Below, piece by piece: positions 50,601 through 64,000 of a stretch of DNA of 64,000 bases. Positions within the stretch are counted from its first letter, which is position 1. Each line of letters opens with the position of its first letter. Source of the DNA: an uncultured Gemmatimonadales bacterium (GTDB lineage Bacteria > Gemmatimonadota > Gemmatimonadetes > Longimicrobiales > Longimicrobiaceae); NCBI GenBank assembly GCA_963716255.1, contig OY970303.1, positions 6,592,001 to 6,656,000 of the forward strand. The letters run 5' to 3'. The translations under genes were made by a program, and so were the position numbers. The notes beneath the pieces were generated by a model that worked only from the letters and a program-made list of their open reading frames with translations, did no database searches and was not told the origin of the DNA.

Positions 50601-53600
50601 CCAGAGTCGGCCGAGCTGCGCACGCAGCTGGGGAAGCGTCTGCCAGAGTACATGATCCCCTCGGCGTTCGTGGTGCTGGACGCGCTGCCGCTGACGCCCA
50701 ACGGCAAGATGGACCGGCGGGCGCTGCCCGCGCCGGAGTTCGCCGCGGTGGACGGGTACGTGGCGCCGCGGACGCCGGTGGAGGAGGTGGTGGCGGGGAT
50801 CTGGGCGGAGGTGCTGCGCCTGGAGCGGGTGGGGGCGGAGGAGGGCTTCTTCGAGCTGGGGGGCCACTCGCTGCTGGCCACACAGGTTGTCTCGCGGGCT
50901 CGGCAGGCGTTCGGGGTGGAGGTGCCGCTGCGGGCGCTCTTCGAGGCGCCCACGGTGGCCGCGCTCGCCGGGCGAATCGAGACGCTGCGCGGCGCGGGCG
51001 CCTCGCCGGCGCCGCCCCTCGTGCCGGTGCGGCGCGACGGCGCGCCGCTGCCGCTGTCGTTCGCGCAGCAGCGGCTGTGGGTGGTGGACCGGCTGGAGCC
51101 GGACAGCCCCGCGTACAACATGCCCTTCGCGCTGCGCCTGCGTGGCGCGCTGGACACCGGGGCGCTGCGGGCCAGTCTGGACGCGCTGGTGCGTCGGCAC
51201 GAGACGCTGCGCACCACCTTCGCGGAGCAGGCCGGTGCGCCGGTGCAGGTAGTCCACCCGCCCGCGCCGGTGCCGCTGCCGCTGCTGGACCTGCGGGAGC
51301 TGCCGGAAGCGGAGCGCGAGGCCCTGGCCGGGCGCCTGGCGTCCGAGGAGTCGCTGCGGCCGTTCGACCTGGCGCGGGGTCCGCTGCTGCGCAGCACGCT
51401 GCTGCGCCTGGGCGAGGCGGACCACGTGCTGTGCTTCACGCTCCACCACGTCGTCAGCGACGGCTGGAGCATGCAGGTGCTGGTGCGCGAGGTGTCCGCG
51501 CTCTACGCCGCCTTCCGCCGTGGAGAGGAGCCGCAGCTTCCCGAGCTGCCGGTGCAGTACGCCGATTACGCGCTCTGGCAGCGCGAGTGGCTCCGCGGCG
51601 ACGTTCTGGAGGAGCAGATCGGCTACTGGAAGCAGAAGCTGGGCGGCGCCCCTCCCCTGCTGGAGGTTCCCACGGACGGGGCGCGCTCGGCGTCGCGCAG
51701 CGTGCGCGTGGGGAGCCACGACTTCCGCCTGCCGGCCGGGGTGGCGGGCGGGCTGCGAGAGCTTTCGCGGCGCGAAGGTGCGACGCTGTTCATGACGCTG
51801 CTCGCCGCCTGGCAGGGCCTGCTCTCGAGGTATTCGGGGCAGGAGGACGTGGTCGTGGGCACCCCCGTCGCGGGACGGACGCGCCAGGAGACGGAGGGGC
51901 TGATCGGCTTCTTCGTCAACATGCTCGCGCTGCGGGCGGAGCTGGGGGGGGACCCCACCTGGGGCGAGCTGCTGGGACGGGTGCGGGAAACGGCGCTGGG
52001 GGCGTACGAGCACCAGGAGCTGCCGTTCGAGCGCCTGGTGGACGAGCTGGGAGTGGAGCGGAGCCTGACGCACACCCCGGTCTTCCAGGTGATCTTCGCG
52101 GTGCAGCGGCCCGGCGGGGGCGAGCGGCTGTCGCTGGGCGAGGTGCGGGTGGAGCAGTTCGGAGCGGGCGGTCGCGTGGCCAAGTTCGACCTGAACCTGA
52201 CCATGCTCGACGGGGAGGAGGCGCTCGGGGGGACGCTCACGTACCGCGCGGGGCTGTACGATGCGGAGACGGTCGCGCGCATGGGCGGCCACTTCGAGGT
52301 GCTGCTGGAGGCCATGGCGGCGGCGCATCCGGGGCAGCGTCTTTCCGAGGTGCCGCTGCTGCGCGGGGCCGAGCGCGAGCAGCTGCTGCACGTCTCGCGG
52401 GGCGCCGACACCGGCTACACCGGCGAGCTGTGCCTGCACGAGCTGGTGCACGTGCAGGTGCTGCGCACCCCTCATGCGCCCGCGCTGCGCTTCGAGGGGC
52501 AGGGCCTCAGCTACGCCGAGCTCTTCCGGCGCTCCTGCCGGCTCGCCCAGCTGCTGCGGCGCGAGGGCGTCGGAGCGGAAGTACGCGTGGGGATCTGCAT
52601 GGAGCCGGCCCCGGAGATGATCGTGGCCGTGCTGGGCGTGCTCCTGGCCGGCGGGGCCTACCTGCCGCTGGACCCGGAGCTGCCGGCCGAGCGGCGCGCC
52701 TACATGCTGCGTGACGCCGCCCCGGTGCTGCTGCTGACGCAGACGGCCTTGGCGGAGCGCCTCCAGGACTGCGGCGTGCCGCTCTTCCTGGTGGACGCGC
52801 AGGCCGAGCGCCTGGCGCGGGAAAGCGACGTAGCCCCGGTCACCGGGGTCCTGTCCGACAACCTGGCGTATGTCATCTACACCTCCGGCTCCACGGGCCG
52901 CCCCAAGGGGGTGCTGGTGGAGCACCGCTGCGTGGGCAACACCATCCTGGAGCTGGCCCGCATCTACGGCTCCGGCCCCGGCGATCGCAACCTGCTGTAC
53001 GCGCCGCTGCACTTCGACGCCTCGGTGGGCGACATCTTCATCGCGCTGTGCAGCGGGGCCGAGCTGGTGGTGGCCCGGCGCGAGGCGATGCTGCCGGGGG
53101 AGGACCTGCTGCGCCTGCTGCGGGAGCAGCGGATCACGCACGTGAAGACGATGCAGTCGGCACTGGCGGCCACGCCGGTGGAGGAGCTGCCGGAGCTGCG
53201 CACGCTGATCGCCGGGGGGGACAAGCTGCCGGGGGAGCAGCTGCGGCGCTGGAGCGCGGCGGGGCGGCGCTTCTTCAACGGGTACGGGGCGACGGAGGCG
53301 AGCATCCGCAACACCTCCAGCGCGTACGCGGCGCAGGAGGGGGACCCGCCGATCGGGCGGACGTTCGGGAACACGCAGCTGTACGTGCTGGACCGGTGGC
53401 TGGAGCCGGTGCCGGTCGGGGTGGCCGGGGAGCTGTACATCGGGGGCGTGGGGGTGGTGCGGGGGTATCTGGGCAGACCCGACCTCACGGCGGAGCGCTT
53501 CGTGCCGGACCCGCACCGGGGGGTGGCGGGTGCGCGCCTGTACCGGACGGGGGACCTGGGGCGGAGGCGGGGGGACGGGGAGATCGAGTTCCAGGGGCGT

Positions 53601-54254
53601 GGGGACCACCAGGTGAAGGTGCGCGGGTACCGGGTGGAGCTGGGGGAGATCGAGGGGGTGCTGCGTACGCACGCGCAGGTGCGGGAGGCCGTGGTGCTGC
53701 AGCGGGAGGACGCGCCGGGGCAGCAGCGGCTGGTGGCGTACGTGGTGCCGGAGGCGGGGGGGGAGCCGGGGGCGGCGGAGCTGCGGGGGCACGTGGCGGA
53801 GCAGGTGCCGGAGTACATGGTGCCGGGCGCGTTCGTGGTGATGGAGCAGCTGCCGGTGATGGCCAACGGCAAGGTCGACCGGCGCCTGCTGCCGGCCCCC
53901 GAGCGCCCGCCGGAAGACGAGCACGTGGCGCCGCGTACGGTGGTGGAGGAGGTGGTCGCGGGGATCTGGGCGGAGCTGCTGCACCTGGAGCGGGTGGGGG
54001 TGGAGGAGAACTTCTTCGACGTGGGTGGGCACTCGCTGCTGGCCACCCAGGTGGTGACACGGCTGCGGGAAACGCTGGGCATCGAGGTGCCGTTGCGTGC
54101 CTTTTTCGAGCAGCCCACCGTGGAAGCCCTGGCCAGGATCGCGGAGGACCGCCTGATCGGCGCCCTGGACGCCGATCAGCTGGCGGAGCACCTGGAGCTG
54201 GAGCCCGAGCAGGACCCGGACTTCGACGAGAACAGGGGTCGGGCAGCGTGGTAG
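44613..54254 (+). CDS. Three-module NRPS: C-A(Ala-like)-T-C-A(Ser)-T-C-A(unusual)-T
   Basis: TTG start after GAGGA. Codes DVATNALTYK (Ala-like clade), DVWHMSLVDK (Ser) and DAGKIGGIRK (unassigned). Three GGHS T domains; no E or TE. Confidence 0.93.
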   Translation: MGTQDLRERPRDVPREDPRHVRVPVVYPRARPDCAPLSFAQQRLWLLDQLDPGLSTYNLLLAMRLTGGLRAEAMERAIDGVVRRHEVLRTTIGEADGEPVQVIAPELHVPLLLRDLRELPGEEREARARQAMRAQEGTPFDLRRGPLLRAELLRLSDEEHVLLLAVHHIVSDAWSLGVLFSEIEAHADAFANGKAPSFAPLPIQYADYAVWQRDYLRGETLERHLAFWRERLAGAPALLELPTDRPRPKVRSFRGTEYTVPLTAGIGERLRDLGAEEYATPFMVLLTAFNVLLYRYTGEQDLVVGTVVANRTLPESEGLIGFFVNTLVMRTDLSGDPSFRELLGRVRDATLGVFAHWDVPFEKLVEELRPERSLSHNPFFQVMFVLQNVSQGALRLDGIGVEVVETEKTTSKFDLTLFVEVKNARPVLLLEYNTDLFDASTIERMAEHFRMLLDAAVEGPDGRITEVGFLSSAERVRILAEWNATERDYPAGACIHVLFADQARSTPDAVAVVHGEETLTYGELDRRANRLANALRRRGVGPEACVGVCMQRTPAMLVSLLGILKAGGAYVPLDPAYPPERIRSMIEDAAVGLVLTETPLLGALLGSGVAFLDLDTASEALVGESEAAPVTGVAPENLSYVIFTSGSTGRPKGVMLQHGGTVVFLRWMRELVPAEEWSSVLGSTSISFDVSVAEVFGTLCWGGKLVLVQNVLELSSVSEAEEVKLVTTVPTAAAELLRSGGIPRSVRAFNLAGEVLTPELARGLYALGHVEQVRNLYGPTEDTTYSTCALVEPGRERVGIGRPIADAQSYVLDPGLQPVPVGVAGQLFLGGDGLARGYVHRPGLTAERFVPNPHGVPGSRMYRTGDRARWRPDGTLEYLGRTDHQVKVRGFRIEPGEIETALREQEGVRDAVVTVREDTPEQKRLVAYVVPDEGAGVPTAELRARLAARLPEYMVPPAFVVLERLPLNSNGKVDRGALPAPEQGAGAAYVAPRTPVEEVVAGIWAEVLRLERVGAEEGFFELGGHSLLATQVVSRARQAFGVEVPLRALFEAPTVAALAGRIEVLRGAGASPAPPLVPVRRDGAPLPLSFAQQRLWFLDRLEPGSAAYNIPAALRLRGALDVAALGRVLGEVVRRHESLRTTFAEAAGGPVQVVHEAVPVALPVVDLCAGAAAEREAAVLRLAGEEARRPFHLAAGPLLRAALLRLADEEWVLLFTMHHAVSDGWSMGVLVREVSALYTAFSRSEEAELARLPVQYADYAVWQREYLAGEVLEAQLSWWRERLASAPPLLDLPTDRSRPAAASEQARVLPFTLPAEAVDALRALGRAEGSTLYMVLLAGFQVLLSRYAGEVDVSIGSPVAGRTRAETEGLIGFFVNTLVVRTDLAGDPSFRALLGRVREAALGAFAHQEVPFEKLVEELAPERSLARTPLFQVMFSLQNAERGELRLGDVRAEPAGVVGALAKFDLNLGVTEEGDGLAGSLTYRAELWDAATMERMLEHFRALLTALAAEPGRRLAELGMLSGQERRQVVEEWNASARAYPAGLTLHGLVQAQARRTPRAVALVFEGQTLTYAELEARAEALAVRLRALGVGPEARVGVCAERSPELVVALLGTLRAGGAYVPVDPGYPAERIAYMLADSGVPVLLTQERLAGGLPEFGGEVVLLDRADGAERAGYVRTPFPEVDPEGLAYVIYTSGSTGRPKGAMNAHRGIVNRLLWMQEQYELGAGDVVLQKTPFGFDVSVWELFWPLMTGARLVLARPGAHGDPRYLSEVIEREGVSTLHFVPPMLQAFLDAGEPGRCASLRRVMCSGEALPYELTERFREALPAAELHNLYGPTEAAVDVTYWKCEPRERRVVPIGCPVANTRLYVLDGAGEPAPVGVPGELFIGGLQVGRGYLGRAELTAEKFVPDALSGDRGVRLYRTGDRARWTLAGEVEYLGRMDFQVKVRGFRIELGEIEAALLGHAGVREAVVLAREDAPGDRRIVAYVVPGGEVAPESAELRTQLGKRLPEYMIPSAFVVLDALPLTPNGKMDRRALPAPEFAAVDGYVAPRTPVEEVVAGIWAEVLRLERVGAEEGFFELGGHSLLATQVVSRARQAFGVEVPLRALFEAPTVAALAGRIETLRGAGASPAPPLVPVRRDGAPLPLSFAQQRLWVVDRLEPDSPAYNMPFALRLRGALDTGALRASLDALVRRHETLRTTFAEQAGAPVQVVHPPAPVPLPLLDLRELPEAEREALAGRLASEESLRPFDLARGPLLRSTLLRLGEADHVLCFTLHHVVSDGWSMQVLVREVSALYAAFRRGEEPQLPELPVQYADYALWQREWLRGDVLEEQIGYWKQKLGGAPPLLEVPTDGARSASRSVRVGSHDFRLPAGVAGGLRELSRREGATLFMTLLAAWQGLLSRYSGQEDVVVGTPVAGRTRQETEGLIGFFVNMLALRAELGGDPTWGELLGRVRETALGAYEHQELPFERLVDELGVERSLTHTPVFQVIFAVQRPGGGERLSLGEVRVEQFGAGGRVAKFDLNLTMLDGEEALGGTLTYRAGLYDAETVARMGGHFEVLLEAMAAAHPGQRLSEVPLLRGAEREQLLHVSRGADTGYTGELCLHELVHVQVLRTPHAPALRFEGQGLSYAELFRRSCRLAQLLRREGVGAEVRVGICMEPAPEMIVAVLGVLLAGGAYLPLDPELPAERRAYMLRDAAPVLLLTQTALAERLQDCGVPLFLVDAQAERLARESDVAPVTGVLSDNLAYVIYTSGSTGRPKGVLVEHRCVGNTILELARIYGSGPGDRNLLYAPLHFDASVGDIFIALCSGAELVVARREAMLPGEDLLRLLREQRITHVKTMQSALAATPVEELPELRTLIAGGDKLPGEQLRRWSAAGRRFFNGYGATEASIRNTSSAYAAQEGDPPIGRTFGNTQLYVLDRWLEPVPVGVAGELYIGGVGVVRGYLGRPDLTAERFVPDPHRGVAGARLYRTGDLGRRRGDGEIEFQGRGDHQVKVRGYRVELGEIEGVLRTHAQVREAVVLQREDAPGQQRLVAYVVPEAGGEPGAAELRGHVAEQVPEYMVPGAFVVMEQLPVMANGKVDRRLLPAPERPPEDEHVAPRTVVEEVVAGIWAELLHLERVGVEENFFDVGGHSLLATQVVTRLRETLGIEVPLRAFFEQPTVEALARIAEDRLIGALDADQLAEHLELEPEQDPDFDENRGRAAW
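47576..47900 (+). repeat. T-domain plus linker repeat, near-identical to 50756-51080
   Basis: Offset 3180 nt; almost base-for-base match from gtacgtggcgccgcggacg to cagcggctgtgg. Confidence 0.85.
50411..51220 (+). repeat. A(sub)-T-linker-C(N-term) repeat, highly similar to 60168-60977 in the next gene
   Basis: Offset 9757 nt; shared text GEVEYLGR.DFQVKVRG...VPGGEVAP...PEFAAVDGYVAPRTPVEE...PDSPAYNMPFALRL. Confidence 0.8.
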
Positions 54255-54282
54255 AATCCGCGATACTTCAAGGTTGCCGCAC

Positions 54283-64000
<9,718 letters not shown>

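Overview
High-GC bacterial DNA almost entirely occupied by NRPS/PKS biosynthesis, apparently two adjacent assembly lines. (1) <1-22045: the 3' part of a giant hybrid megasynthase, C-A-T-KS-AT-KR(degenerate)-ACP-C-A-T-C-A-T-C-A(N-MT)-T-C-A-T-TE. It is split by two identical 1-nt deficits in G7 runs that lie in a 1.7-kb tandemly duplicated A-T unit, and is followed by a queG 3' remnant. (2) 23083->64000: a lipopeptide-type line, FAAL-ACP-C-A(Asn)-T, then KS-AT-cMT-KR-ACP, C-A(His-like)-T-T, a TauD-family dioxygenase, a 3-module NRPS and a further NRPS of at least 3 modules running off the right edge. An inverted carbamoyltransferase plus SGNH/TPR gene pair sits inside this line. The most notable feature is a YcaQ/AlkZ (HTH_42)-family DNA crosslink-repair glycosylase whose stop overlaps the PKS start (ATGA). 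This suggests self-resistance to a DNA-damaging product; a metallophore is the main alternative. Domain boundaries are approximate (+/- ~50 nt), and A-domain codes were read by eye and compared from memory. No rRNA, tRNA, CRISPR, transposase, transporter, regulator, MbtH or PPTase was recognised.
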